Of a DNA stretch of 32,000 nucleotides, positions 17,072 to 25,427 are shown in pieces. The DNA comes from Halomicronema hongdechloris C2206 (GTDB taxonomy: Bacteria > Cyanobacteriota > Cyanobacteriia > Phormidesmidales > Phormidesmidaceae): NCBI RefSeq assembly GCF_002075285.3, contig NZ_CP021983.2, forward strand, positions 1,020,001-1,052,000, written 5' to 3'. Every line of letters begins with the position of its first letter. The stretch's first letter is position 1. The notes under the pieces were generated by a model. The model saw nothing but the letters and a program-made list of their open reading frames with translations, was not told the origin of the DNA and did not search any database. The translations under genes and the position numbers were made by a program.

Positions 17072-18157
17072 ATGGACGTGGTAAGTGTGCGCGTGGCAAT
17101 ATATTCCCTGGCTTTAGGGGTTTGCTGGTTAACTCTGAGCAGCTGTGCCGGCAGTCCCATCGGAGAGTCTCTACAACGCTCCCTAGAATCTGACCCTCAA
17201 CTCCAGGAGAACCCTCCCTTTGGCATGGCCTCAGAGACCGATTCCAGCAGCCCAACGGTGACATCATCGACCCCAGATACCCCATCGTCTACCCCCGAGG
17301 CCACAAGTCGTACCCCGGCCCCTTTCGGTCCCGCTGCCAGTTCTCAGGTCTCAATCCCTGAACCAGGGCACCCCGGCTTCATTGGTCCCGTGTGGCCATC
17401 CTCCCAGGACACCGATAGGGTGTCTCGATCCCGTCGCCAGACCCCTACAACGGCCCCTACTCTGGATCAGGTGCCAGCTGATTTACGGCCCTACGTGGAG
17501 GATATGCTGGCCCTAGATATCTTGCCACTCCCTGGGGATGAGGCTGCCTCCGGCGAGTCAGCAGCACCGGTGGCTGTGCTGAATCAACCCATCCAACGAC
17601 GGGAATACGCCCGCTGGCTGCTTACGGCTAACAATGCCTTTTATCAAGATCACCCCTCGAGAAAAATTCGGCCTGCGGTCAGTAGCGCGGCACCAGCATT
17701 TCAGGATGTCTCCCAGGATGATCCCGCCTTTGCCAGCGTTCAGGGGCTAGCCGAAGCAGGCATCATCCCCAGCCCCCTCAGTGGGAACGCCACGACGGTC
17801 AGCTTTCGCCCAGAAGCTCCCCTGACCCGCAAGGATTTATTGCTCTGGAAGGTGCCCCTGGACACCCATCAGGCCCTGCCCACAGCTAGTGTCGAGGCCG
17901 TCGAAGAGACCTGGGGGTTTCAAGATGCCGCGAAGATTCCTCCCCTGGCGTTGCGGGCCGTGCTGGCAGACTACCACAGTGGCGAGGTGTCGAATATTCG
18001 ACGAGCCTTCGGGTTTACCACCCTATTTCAACCGGATAAGCCTGTCACTCGGGCCGAGGCATTGGCAGTGCTCTGGCGCTTTGGACCGGTGAATGAAGGG
18101 ATCACGGCCCAACAGCTCCTTGCTGCCGAGCCAGCCGCTCAGGCCGAGCAACATTGA
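17072..18157 (+). CDS. SLH-domain lipoprotein (cell-wall/outer-membrane tethering type)
   Basis: 361-aa ORF. It has a lipobox-like signal (CWLTLSSC-AGS), then a Ser/Thr/Pro-rich linker, then three SLH-like repeats (REYARWLL..., FQDVSQDDPAFASVQGLAEAGII, FQPDKPVTRAEALAVLW). Confidence 0.75.
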   Translation: MDVVSVRVAIYSLALGVCWLTLSSCAGSPIGESLQRSLESDPQLQENPPFGMASETDSSSPTVTSSTPDTPSSTPEATSRTPAPFGPAASSQVSIPEPGHPGFIGPVWPSSQDTDRVSRSRRQTPTTAPTLDQVPADLRPYVEDMLALDILPLPGDEAASGESAAPVAVLNQPIQRREYARWLLTANNAFYQDHPSRKIRPAVSSAAPAFQDVSQDDPAFASVQGLAEAGIIPSPLSGNATTVSFRPEAPLTRKDLLLWKVPLDTHQALPTASVEAVEETWGFQDAAKIPPLALRAVLADYHSGEVSNIRRAFGFTTLFQPDKPVTRAEALAVLWRFGPVNEGITAQQLLAAEPAAQAEQH

Positions 18158-18221
18158 CTCGATCGGCTGTTGGCTGGGATTAGTCATGGATTAGGGCCTA
18201 TCGTAACTGGGGTGAGCCACG

Positions 18222-18248
18222 AAAAAGCGGCGCTGAGCCAACGCCGCT
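18222..18248 (-). terminator. Rho-independent terminator of psaK
   Basis: On the minus strand: agcggcg-ttggctcag-cgccgct followed by TTTTT. That is a 7-bp GC-rich stem (18226-18232 / 18242-18248) and a T-run (18222-18226 on +), about 40 nt after the psaK stop. Confidence 0.65.
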
Positions 18249-18289
18249 GACAACGTCATTCCCGGGGGAGATATCCCGATGACAGAAGA

Positions 18290-18550
18290 CTATAGTGCTC
18301 CCAGGTAGGCGAGTCCCAAGATTGCTCCAGCACCTAACACATGGCCAAGGCTTGTGATTCCCAACAGAGCCCCCAAGCCCATGCCACCAAATAATTCGGG
18401 TGAGGGAAGTGCCGGACCAGCGCTAGGATATTTGATAGTGAACCTGCCAATTGCGATCGCAAGGATATTGCACAGGATCATGACGACAGCCACTTTCGGG
18501 CTCCACTCCAGGGTAGGGGGAACTGCTGCGAGCAAAGGTAAATAAACCAA
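18290..18550 (-). CDS. psaK: Photosystem I subunit PsaK
   Basis: LLAAVPPTLEWSPKVAVVMILCNILAIAIGRFTIK...PSPELFGGMGLGALLGITSLGHVLGAGAILGLAYLGAL aligns along its whole length with my memory of cyanobacterial PsaK. The only start codon upstream of the conserved N-terminus is TTG at 18548-18550. Confidence 0.9.
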   Translation of the reverse strand: MVYLPLLAAVPPTLEWSPKVAVVMILCNILAIAIGRFTIKYPSAGPALPSPELFGGMGLGALLGITSLGHVLGAGAILGLAYLGAL

Positions 18551-18708
18551 CGTCCTGTCTCCTCACATAAACAATATCGACGAGGGGGACATCGTCTGAA
18601 TCATGGCCTCGACTATAGCCCAGATCACGACTCAGGGGACATCCCTAAGCCTTAATCCTTTCATGTGGGGGGGAAGTCCTAGACCTACCTCGTTGCAAGA
18701 TTTAACAA

Positions 18709-18732
18709 ATAGGGATACATATAGGGATACAC
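18709..18732. repeat. Tandem 12-mer, ATAGGGATACA(T/C) x2, directly upstream of the 18745 ORF
   Basis: atagggatacat (18709-18720) and atagggatacac (18721-18732). A further gatac follows at about 18738. Confidence 0.9.
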
Positions 18733-18744
18733 AGAAAGATACTA

Positions 18745-19176
18745 ATGGAACGGGGACTCCTCTGGTTGCCACTGTTGGCGATATTCATAGCTCTAGCTTG
18801 GGCCGGATGGAACGAGTATCGCAAGGTAGAAGCTTATAAACGCTGGGCGACCAACTTTGAGCGAGCTAAATACGATATTTTGGCAGTATTGGGGCAGCAG
18901 GGTCGCCACGTAACCTGGGGAAAACCGACCCGAGGCGAGCCCATCGATCTCGTGAGTCTTGACCTATCTCAAGTCAGTCAATTGCAGCTGATAGCTGATC
19001 AAGAAGCGGTGAGGCTGGAAGCAGTGCCTGACCGCGTACGTCACTGGGGGGTACGGTTCATCCTCACCAATGGCCATCACTATGATGTGCCATTTACTGA
19101 TTTCGAGCTAGCTCAGCACTGGTACACCTATTTGCAGGGACAGATTCAGACGCTACAATCAGCATCGATTGATTGA
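18745..19176 (+). CDS. Small single-pass membrane protein of unknown function, immediately upstream of ftsQ
   Basis: 143-aa ORF with an N-terminal TM helix (LLWLPLLAIFIALAWAGW) and a soluble domain of about 110 aa. It is 21 nt upstream of ftsQ on the same strand. Confidence 0.6.
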   Translation: MERGLLWLPLLAIFIALAWAGWNEYRKVEAYKRWATNFERAKYDILAVLGQQGRHVTWGKPTRGEPIDLVSLDLSQVSQLQLIADQEAVRLEAVPDRVRHWGVRFILTNGHHYDVPFTDFELAQHWYTYLQGQIQTLQSASID

Positions 19177-19197
19177 GCAGCCTGTATTTGGCCCGCC

Positions 19198-19992
19198 ATG
19201 AGCGATCTCTCCTTTGTATCACCCGATGACCTCCACCATCGCCGTCGGGCCCTACGGCGTCAACGCCGCCTCAAGATCCTTCAGGGATTATGGCAAAGCC
19301 TAGCCGTCTCCGGCCTCGCCATCGGCGTCCTGTGGGGAGCCAGCCAACCCATCTGGCTGGTGCGGGATAGCTCTCAGATTCAGATTGAGGGGAATCGACT
19401 GCTCTCAGACCAGGCGATTCAAGCCTTGATCCCCATTGACTATCCCCAATCCCTCCTGAAGCTGCAGCCGGCTGCGATCGCAACTCACCTGACAGCGGCA
19501 TCCCCCATCGCCCAAGCTACCGTCACTCGCCGCCTAGTGCCTCCTCATCTAGAGATCCAGGTGGAAGAGCGGATTCCAGTCGCTGCCGTCGTACCCGGCG
19601 ACTCCCCGACATCCTTGAAGCCAGGGTTTCTGGATGCCCAAGGTGTCTGGATGAAGCCGTCTAGCCTGATTGCCCTGGGCAACCCGATTCCCTCCCCCCA
19701 ATTGACCATACGAGGCTTACGATCGGCAGATCGAGAACATTGGCCTTCCATGTATCAAGTTCTGCGCCGCAGCCCCCTAGACGTATCCGAGATTGACTGG
19801 CAAAATCCTGATAATCTGGTGCTGAAAACAGAGGTGGGGATAGCTCATTTGGGAGCCTATGGCGCTCGGTTCCCAGAGCAACTGGCCGCATTAGATCAAT
19901 TGAGGCATCTAAAGAGTCAGGTAGACGATCAAACGGTTGACTATATCGACGTCAGCGACCCGAATCACCCTTCTGTTAAGCTGGTGCCTTAG
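19198..19992 (+). CDS. ftsQ: Cell division protein FtsQ (POTRA domain)
   Basis: 264-aa ORF. It has a basic N-terminus (RRRALRRQRRLK), one TM helix (LAVSGLAIGVLWG), then a POTRA-like segment (IQIEGNRLLSDQAIQALI). Its position directly upstream of ftsZ is typical for cyanobacteria. Confidence 0.8.
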   Translation: MSDLSFVSPDDLHHRRRALRRQRRLKILQGLWQSLAVSGLAIGVLWGASQPIWLVRDSSQIQIEGNRLLSDQAIQALIPIDYPQSLLKLQPAAIATHLTAASPIAQATVTRRLVPPHLEIQVEERIPVAAVVPGDSPTSLKPGFLDAQGVWMKPSSLIALGNPIPSPQLTIRGLRSADREHWPSMYQVLRRSPLDVSEIDWQNPDNLVLKTEVGIAHLGAYGARFPEQLAALDQLRHLKSQVDDQTVDYIDVSDPNHPSVKLVP

Positions 19993-20083
19993 GCCGAGGG
20001 CTCTACTCTTTAGGCGGTCCTGTCTAAGGAGGTCCAGATTTTGCTAGGATTCAGTGACTCAAGGCGAAACGCTGCCTCAAATT

Positions 20084-20099
20084 TGGGGAGAACTCCCCA
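20084..20099. promoter_or_regulatory. Inverted repeat TGGGGAG-AA-CTCCCCA in the ftsZ upstream region. Candidate protein-binding site.
   Basis: A perfect 7-bp inverted repeat with a 2-bp spacer, read directly, about 300 nt upstream of the ftsZ ATG. Confidence 0.3.
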
Positions 20100-20136
20100 G
20101 TCTACTATCTCTGAATATTTGCGGAATATTTGGGGA

Positions 20137-20222
20137 ATTTGGCCAATTTCCACTACTGCGGCTCCTTAGCCTTCATTCGCCTACTTTTTTTAGAATTCCA
20201 TAGCCATTTGGCCATTTCCACT
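20137..20222. repeat. Dispersed direct repeat ATTTGGCCA(A)TTTCCACT (two copies about 69 bp apart), plus neighbouring GAATATTTG repeats
   Basis: Copy 1 is at 20137-20154 and copy 2 at 20206-20222, differing by a one-A indel. GAATATTTG occurs at 20113-20121 and 20124-20132. Confidence 0.85.
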
Positions 20223-20393
20223 GAAGTAATCTATATTTTGTCTAAAATCTGCCAAAGTTGAGCCTGCATTTGGAGCTGAATAGTCTTATCATTACTGCAC
20301 TGCAGCACTGAGGCTATCTGCCGAGTCATTACCCTCCTCCTGAGCCCGTAATGGCTGTTCCCTCGTCAGTAACTTTTCCTGTCGACAGAGCTA

Positions 20394-21608
20394 ATGACTA
20401 ACTCAGTTTCCCCCAACCATGTTTTCACCGACTTTGACCAGAACCACAACAGTCAACCCAGTGATGTCAGCGTCATGACAGGAGATACGGCCACGTATGG
20501 CGATGCATTGTCCGGCAATGTTGCCAGAATCAAAGTCATTGGTGTCGGTGGCGGCGGTTGTAATGCCGTCAACCGTATGATCAGTAGCGGTGTTTCTGGC
20601 ATTGAGTTTTGGTCGGTCAACACCGATGCCCAGGCCCTGGGCAATGCCTCGATCAACAACACCCTACAAATTGGCCAAAAGTTGACCCGTGGTTTGGGCG
20701 CAGGCGGTAATCCAGCCATTGGCCAAAAGGCAGCTGAGGAATCGCGAGACGAGCTGGCCGCCGCCTTAGAAGAAGCGGATTTGGTGTTTATTACGGCTGG
20801 CATGGGCGGGGGAACCGGAACCGGTGCAGCTCCGGTGGTGGCTGAAGTTGCTAAAGAGGCTGGGGCCCTCACGGTCGGGGTCGTTACTCGCCCCTTTACG
20901 TTTGAGGGGCGTCGCCGCATGCATCAGTCTGAGGAGGGCATTGCTGCCCTCCAGAGTCGAGTGGACACGTTGATCGTGATCCCCAACGATAAGTTGCTAT
21001 CGGTGATCTCAGAGCAGACGCCGGTGCAAGAGGCCTTCCGAGTGGCAGATGATATTCTCCGCCAAGGGGTCCAGGGCATTTCTGACATCATTACAATCCC
21101 GGGATTGGTGAATGTGGACTTTGCCGATGTCCGGGCTGTGATGGCAGATGCTGGCTCGGCCCTGATGGGGATTGGTATTGGTTCTGGCAAGTCGCGGGCC
21201 CGGGAGGCTGCCGTGGCGGCGATCTCATCTCCCCTGCTGGAAGCGTCCATCGATGGAGCCTCTGGGGCGGTATTTAATGTCACGGGGGGCAGTGATCTGA
21301 CCTTGCATGAGGTCAACGCCGCGGCTGAGATTATCTATGAAGCCGTGGACCCCAATGCCAATATCATCTTTGGGGCGGTCATTGATGAGCGATTGCAGGG
21401 GGAAGTCCGCATTACGGTCATTGCCACGGGTTTTAGCACCGATACGCCGGCTCGCCTGGATACCTCAGCGGCTCGGGTGACTCCCTTTAAGCGCTCGATG
21501 CCATCCCCCAATATTCCGAGTTTTGGCGGCAGTAGCGATGGCAGTTCTACCGGCAGTGGCAATTTAGATATTCCTGAGTTTCTGCAGCGACGACGTCCGA
21601 ATCGGTAG
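20394..21608 (+). CDS. ftsZ: Cell division GTPase FtsZ
   Basis: [17 protein letters not shown], the tubulin signature [21 protein letters not shown], and a C-terminal DIPEFLQRR peptide. The N-terminal extension of about 45 aa is usual for cyanobacterial FtsZ. Confidence 0.97.
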   Translation: MTNSVSPNHVFTDFDQNHNSQPSDVSVMTGDTATYGDALSGNVARIKVIGVGGGGCNAVNRMISSGVSGIEFWSVNTDAQALGNASINNTLQIGQKLTRGLGAGGNPAIGQKAAEESRDELAAALEEADLVFITAGMGGGTGTGAAPVVAEVAKEAGALTVGVVTRPFTFEGRRRMHQSEEGIAALQSRVDTLIVIPNDKLLSVISEQTPVQEAFRVADDILRQGVQGISDIITIPGLVNVDFADVRAVMADAGSALMGIGIGSGKSRAREAAVAAISSPLLEASIDGASGAVFNVTGGSDLTLHEVNAAAEIIYEAVDPNANIIFGAVIDERLQGEVRITVIATGFSTDTPARLDTSAARVTPFKRSMPSPNIPSFGGSSDGSSTGSGNLDIPEFLQRRRPNR

Positions 21609-21617
21609 ACCACTTTT

Positions 21618-22424
21618 ATGCCTAAGCAGATTCCCCCGGTGGCGCTGACAATTGCCGGCTCAGATAGCGGTGGGGGAGCTGGCATTCAAGCTGATTTGAA
21701 GACCTTTGCCTTCCATCGGGTCCATGGTACCAGTGCTTTGACCTGTGTGACGGCTCAAAATACCCAAGGGGTGGAGCGGGTAGATGCCTTGCCAGCAGAG
21801 GCAGTTCGGGCCCAAATTGAGGCTGTCGTTAAGGATCTAGGGGAACAAGCACTCAAAACTGGAATGTTGCTGAATCAGGCCATCATCATGACTGTGGCTC
21901 AGACGGTGACAGCCCTGAAGCTGACCAATGTTGTCATTGATCCGGTGATGGTCTCCCGCACAGGGGCGCAGTTGATTGACGACGATGCGATCGCAACTCT
22001 GCGCCAGCAGTTAGTTCCCCTAGCCACCGTCCTCACACCTAACCGTTACGAAGCCCAGATTCTAAGTGGGGTAGAGATCGCTAGCCTGGCAGATATGGAG
22101 CAAGCGGCTGAGAAGATTTATCCCTTGGGGCCCAAGGCGGTGTTAGTCAAGGGGGGGAGCATGGCCGGTGAGCTACGGGGCATCGACGTCTGGTACGACG
22201 GCCGCACCCTAGACGTCCTCCGCAGCGAGACCGTCGATACGCTCGACACCCATGGCACCGGATGCACCCTATCGGCTGCGATCGCTGCCAATCTGGCCCT
22301 AGGATACCCACCACTTGCTGCCACTCAACGGGCCAAAACCTACGTAACTGCCGCTCTACACCATGCCCTACGAATCGGACAGGGCCAAGGGCCAGTGGGA
22401 CACTTTTATCCGCTATTGAGTTAA
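21618..22424 (+). CDS. thiD: Hydroxymethylpyrimidine/phosphomethylpyrimidine kinase ThiD
   Basis: ALTIAGSDSGGGAGIQADLKTF...DPVMVS..G..L...LTPN..EA...KGG...DTHGTGCTLSAAIAANLA are ThiD/PfkB-family motifs. It begins 9 nt after the ftsZ stop. Confidence 0.92.
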   Translation: MPKQIPPVALTIAGSDSGGGAGIQADLKTFAFHRVHGTSALTCVTAQNTQGVERVDALPAEAVRAQIEAVVKDLGEQALKTGMLLNQAIIMTVAQTVTALKLTNVVIDPVMVSRTGAQLIDDDAIATLRQQLVPLATVLTPNRYEAQILSGVEIASLADMEQAAEKIYPLGPKAVLVKGGSMAGELRGIDVWYDGRTLDVLRSETVDTLDTHGTGCTLSAAIAANLALGYPPLAATQRAKTYVTAALHHALRIGQGQGPVGHFYPLLS

Positions 22425-22466
22425 TTCCCTAAAGATCGCACCAGCCAATCACGGCATTAGGAGAGA

Positions 22467-22964
22467 TCACAGCGTCCAAACCGACTCCCAGTCAGGGCAA
22501 CTATCGTCCTCTGGACCGTAGGGATGCATGGCACAGATTAATTGGCTGCCTCCGTGAATCTGCCCATAATAGTGACGACAGCCAATACATGTGGGTTGGT
22601 TGTGACTCCAAGGATCTAGCGTATTGTTAACCGGCAACAATAGCTGCTCAAACCAGTTATCTAAGCCAGCTATCCACTCGCCGACGATAGGCTCCACCAC
22701 CGCATCGACCTGCTCAACCATTGCCCCTAGGGTAGCGTCAAGCGCCTGCTCCACGGGCTCGGTGGCTCGATAGACATCGTCAGCCCAGCGATCGATCTCA
22801 GGCTCGAGGGATCGCCGCAGCTGAGCCGCCCACTCATCCGATGTGTCTGCTAACTGCTCAGATACTTGCTGTAACTGCTGATCCAGTTGCTGGTACCAAT
22901 GATTGGCATCATGAGCAACGGCATCAACGACTTGCCAGATCTGTTTAGCCCACTCATCATTCAT
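22467..22964 (-). CDS. Hypothetical protein with an acidic Trp-punctuated helical N-terminal region and a C-terminal 4-Cys module
   Basis: 165-aa ORF. Its ATG overlaps the stop of the upstream gene (ATGA at 22961-22964). The C-terminus reads C126-IG-C129-R-H131-YY...C144...C156-PDW. Confidence 0.65.
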   Translation of the reverse strand: MNDEWAKQIWQVVDAVAHDANHWYQQLDQQLQQVSEQLADTSDEWAAQLRRSLEPEIDRWADDVYRATEPVEQALDATLGAMVEQVDAVVEPIVGEWIAGLDNWFEQLLLPVNNTLDPWSHNQPTCIGCRHYYGQIHGGSQLICAMHPYGPEDDSCPDWESVWTL

Positions 22965-23368
22965 GGGGATTTTCGCTTCAATTGCTCCAACTCTTGTCGC
23001 AGCTGAGCTACCTGCTGCCGTAAGGCCTCGGCCTCAGCCTCTTCGGTGCTTCCTGTTGTAGCCGCGTCATTGGCCTCATCATCTAGAATTTCGATACGAC
23101 GAGGTTCCCTCGACGGCGATTCAGTGGTGGCCTTGGCCTCCTGCTCAGCCCGCTGCACCATATCATTAATCAGGCGTTGGGCTTCTTCAGCCGTCATTTC
23201 ACCTCGGGCTACTAGATCGTCAGCCAACTTTTGAGCCTCAGTCCTCAATTCCTGCAGAGTACTGCCGGCCTTTTCGCTAGCATAGGATGCTAACCCAACC
23301 CCTAGATAAAACGCTTTTTGTACGACATCCCCAAAACCAGCCATAATCGTCGGCTCCTGATTCATCAC
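22961..23368 (-). CDS. Phasin-like / PHA-granule-regulator-like helical protein
   Basis: FGDVVQKAFYLGVGLASYASEKAGSTLQELRTEAQKLADDLVARGEMTAEEAQRLINDMV resembles the phasin-family (COG3937-type) N-terminus, and the tail is coiled-coil. The more likely start is the ATG at 23344 (MAGFGDV...), which has AGGAG 9 nt upstream. Confidence 0.65.
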   Translation of the reverse strand: MMNQEPTIMAGFGDVVQKAFYLGVGLASYASEKAGSTLQELRTEAQKLADDLVARGEMTAEEAQRLINDMVQRAEQEAKATTESPSREPRRIEILDDEANDAATTGSTEEAEAEALRQQVAQLRQELEQLKRKSP

Positions 23369-23454
23369 TTTTCAGGATAGGGAAATAGCGCTAACCCCGC
23401 CTATGGGGGAAAACCGTTCCGATGCCATAGTCGTCGCCATCGGCACTGATGTAA

Positions 23455-23558
23455 AGAGACCCGGAGACCACGCCTGTCACAAGCATCCCGTATTGCTGCT
23501 ACCTTCCGGTCCTGACAAGGTTTGGGCGTTGTGACCGCGTAGTTCCGAGTCACTCTCA
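23455..23558 (-). ncRNA. ffs: Signal recognition particle RNA (small bacterial 4.5S type)
   Basis: The minus strand reads ...CCTTGTCAGGACCGGAAGGTAGCAGCAATACGGG..., matching the universally conserved SRP domain IV GUCAGGUCCGGAAGGAAGCAGC (GGAA tetraloop at 23504-23507). A compensatory U-A to A-U swap is seen in the pair closing the tetraloop stem. The flanks pair into a long hairpin (gactcgg at 23545-23551 with ccgggtc at 23458-23464). The ends are approximate, within about 8 nt. Confidence 0.78.
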
Positions 23559-23593
23559 GGATAACATCATCATCGTGTCTATGAGGAGTGATC

Positions 23594-25123
23594 CTACGCC
23601 AGGCGATCCAGGGTACGGTACTGAATGGCTTCAGCAATGTGATGGGGTTGCAGTTGCTCAGCCTTTTCTAAGTCAGCAATGGTGCGGGCCACTTTGAGAA
23701 TCCGATCGGTAGCCCGGGCGGATAGGCCCAGTTTACGCACTGCTCCCTCTAGCAGGGTACGACTGGCCTCATCCAGGGGACACCAGTGTTTCAGATGCCG
23801 ACTCTGCATGTCGGCATTACACTGCAGCACCGGATCTTTGACGAATCGCTGATGGGCAATTGCCCGGGCGACTTGAACCCGCTGGCGAATAGTTGCTGAC
23901 TCTTCCCCCGGGACATGGCGGGTAATCTCCTCGGGCTTGAGTCGGCTGACTACCACTTGCAAGTCGATGCGATCCATCAACGGCCCTGAGAGTTTAGCCC
24001 AATACTGCTCGCGGCTACGGGGAGTACAAGTACAAGCTTGCACCATATCGCCGTAGTAGCCACAGGGGCAGGGATTCGTACTGGCCACCAGCGTAAACTG
24101 AGCCGGAAACACCACCGATTGGCGAGTGCGAGAGATCGTGACATTGCCGTCTTCCATGGGCTGCCGCAAGAACTCCAGCACATCGCGCTTAAATTCAGTT
24201 AGTTCATCTAGAAATAAGACCCCCCGGTGGGCTAGCGAAATTTCTCCTGGTCGAGGAATACTACCCCCGCCTACCAGAGACGGTCCGGAGGCAGAATGGT
24301 GAGGGCTACGAAAGGGGCGGTGACTGATCAGAGACCCCTTGTTTTTCAGTAAGCCTGCCACAGAGTAAATTTGGGTAACTTCAAGGGCTTCCTCGAACTG
24401 AAGCGGGGGCAGAATACTGGGCAACCGCCGAGCTAGCATCGTCTTACCGCTGCCTGGTGGTCCCACAAACACCAGGTTATGGCCTCCAGCGGCAGCGATC
24501 TCCAAGGCTCGACGAGCATGGGCTTGACCCTTAACATCCTTAAGATCGAGGGTGGCTCCTTGCACACGCGTCAATTCTCTCTGGCTATCTAACCTAACTG
24601 GTGTCAATCGTTGCGGCGCTTGCAGAAACTCTGCCACCTCAGCTAGATCCTTGAGACCATAAACCGTTAATCCCGGCACTACCGCGGCTTCCTGGGCATT
24701 ATCTAGGGGGACGACTAATGCTCGAATACCTAAGCTAGGCGCGGCAGCAGCGATGGGTAAGACACCGGCTACGGGCCGTAGGGATCCATCCAGGGATAAC
24801 TCCCCCAAGAACAAGACGTCGCCTAACAAGTCTGAGCTCACCTGCTCTGCTGCCGCCAAGATTCCTACACTGATGGGCAGATCATAGATCGGCCCTTCCT
24901 TGCGCAGGTCGGCAGGGGTGAGGTTAATGACCACCTTGCGCATGGGAAAGGGAAAGCCAGCATTTTTAATGGCTGCCTTGACGCGTTCCCGTGACTCTTG
25001 CACAGCTGCGTCTGGCAACCCAACTACCACTACTCCCGGCAAGCCACCAGAGAGATCTACCTCGACGCCTACCTTGACGGCATTGATGCCAATGACTGCT
25101 GCACTCCAGATTCGGGCTAGCAT
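23594..25123 (-). CDS. comM: YifB/ComM-family Mg-chelatase-like AAA+ ATPase
   Basis: 509-aa ORF. The N-terminal Lon-protease-like domain shows MLARIWSAAVIGINAVKVGVEVDLS.GLP. Walker A is GPPGSGKTMLARRLP, Walker B is GVLFLDEL, and a Cys cluster CPCGYYGD...C.C is present. Confidence 0.93.
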   Translation of the reverse strand: MLARIWSAAVIGINAVKVGVEVDLSGGLPGVVVVGLPDAAVQESRERVKAAIKNAGFPFPMRKVVINLTPADLRKEGPIYDLPISVGILAAAEQVSSDLLGDVLFLGELSLDGSLRPVAGVLPIAAAAPSLGIRALVVPLDNAQEAAVVPGLTVYGLKDLAEVAEFLQAPQRLTPVRLDSQRELTRVQGATLDLKDVKGQAHARRALEIAAAGGHNLVFVGPPGSGKTMLARRLPSILPPLQFEEALEVTQIYSVAGLLKNKGSLISHRPFRSPHHSASGPSLVGGGSIPRPGEISLAHRGVLFLDELTEFKRDVLEFLRQPMEDGNVTISRTRQSVVFPAQFTLVASTNPCPCGYYGDMVQACTCTPRSREQYWAKLSGPLMDRIDLQVVVSRLKPEEITRHVPGEESATIRQRVQVARAIAHQRFVKDPVLQCNADMQSRHLKHWCPLDEASRTLLEGAVRKLGLSARATDRILKVARTIADLEKAEQLQPHHIAEAIQYRTLDRLA

Positions 25124-25427
25124 AGTGCCTTTCCCCTTGCTCTAGCCCTAGGATGCCCAAGCATCACCAGCGATCATCAACCGGTACTGCTCAGCCTTTC
25201 TATCGGCCCGTGGCCTCGTTGCAGGGGCACCCTGTGATCTATGTTGAGATCTCCGGTCAGGAACCTGATGGTAGCAGTCTCGTCCTAGCAGGTAGTCTAA
25301 GCTACTGACGGTTGGATCTGTTGCGTCCCTAGGCAAGATCTAGACGCTATCCTGAGAATGGCAATGGGAGGCTCTCCGGGAGCCATCTCTGCTGCAAATC
25401 GGGCTGAACCACAGACACGGGTACCTT

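Noticed and set aside
20351-20401. 16-codon upstream ORF overlapping the ftsZ start
   Set aside because: No RBS and no means of judging conservation here. It is mentioned under the ftsZ leader finding only as something to check.
23401-23637. 78-aa ORF on the minus strand between comM and the phasin-like gene
   Set aside because: It overlaps the comM 3' end and is fully explained by the SRP RNA gene. Its translation is Arg/Cys/Trp-rich and not protein-like.
13171-25123. Idea that chlD and the comM/yifB Mg-chelatase-like ATPase form a linked chelatase system
   Set aside because: They lie 8 kb apart with unrelated genes in between. ComM/YifB-family proteins are not part of the chlorophyll Mg-chelatase, so the shared AAA+ fold is coincidental here.
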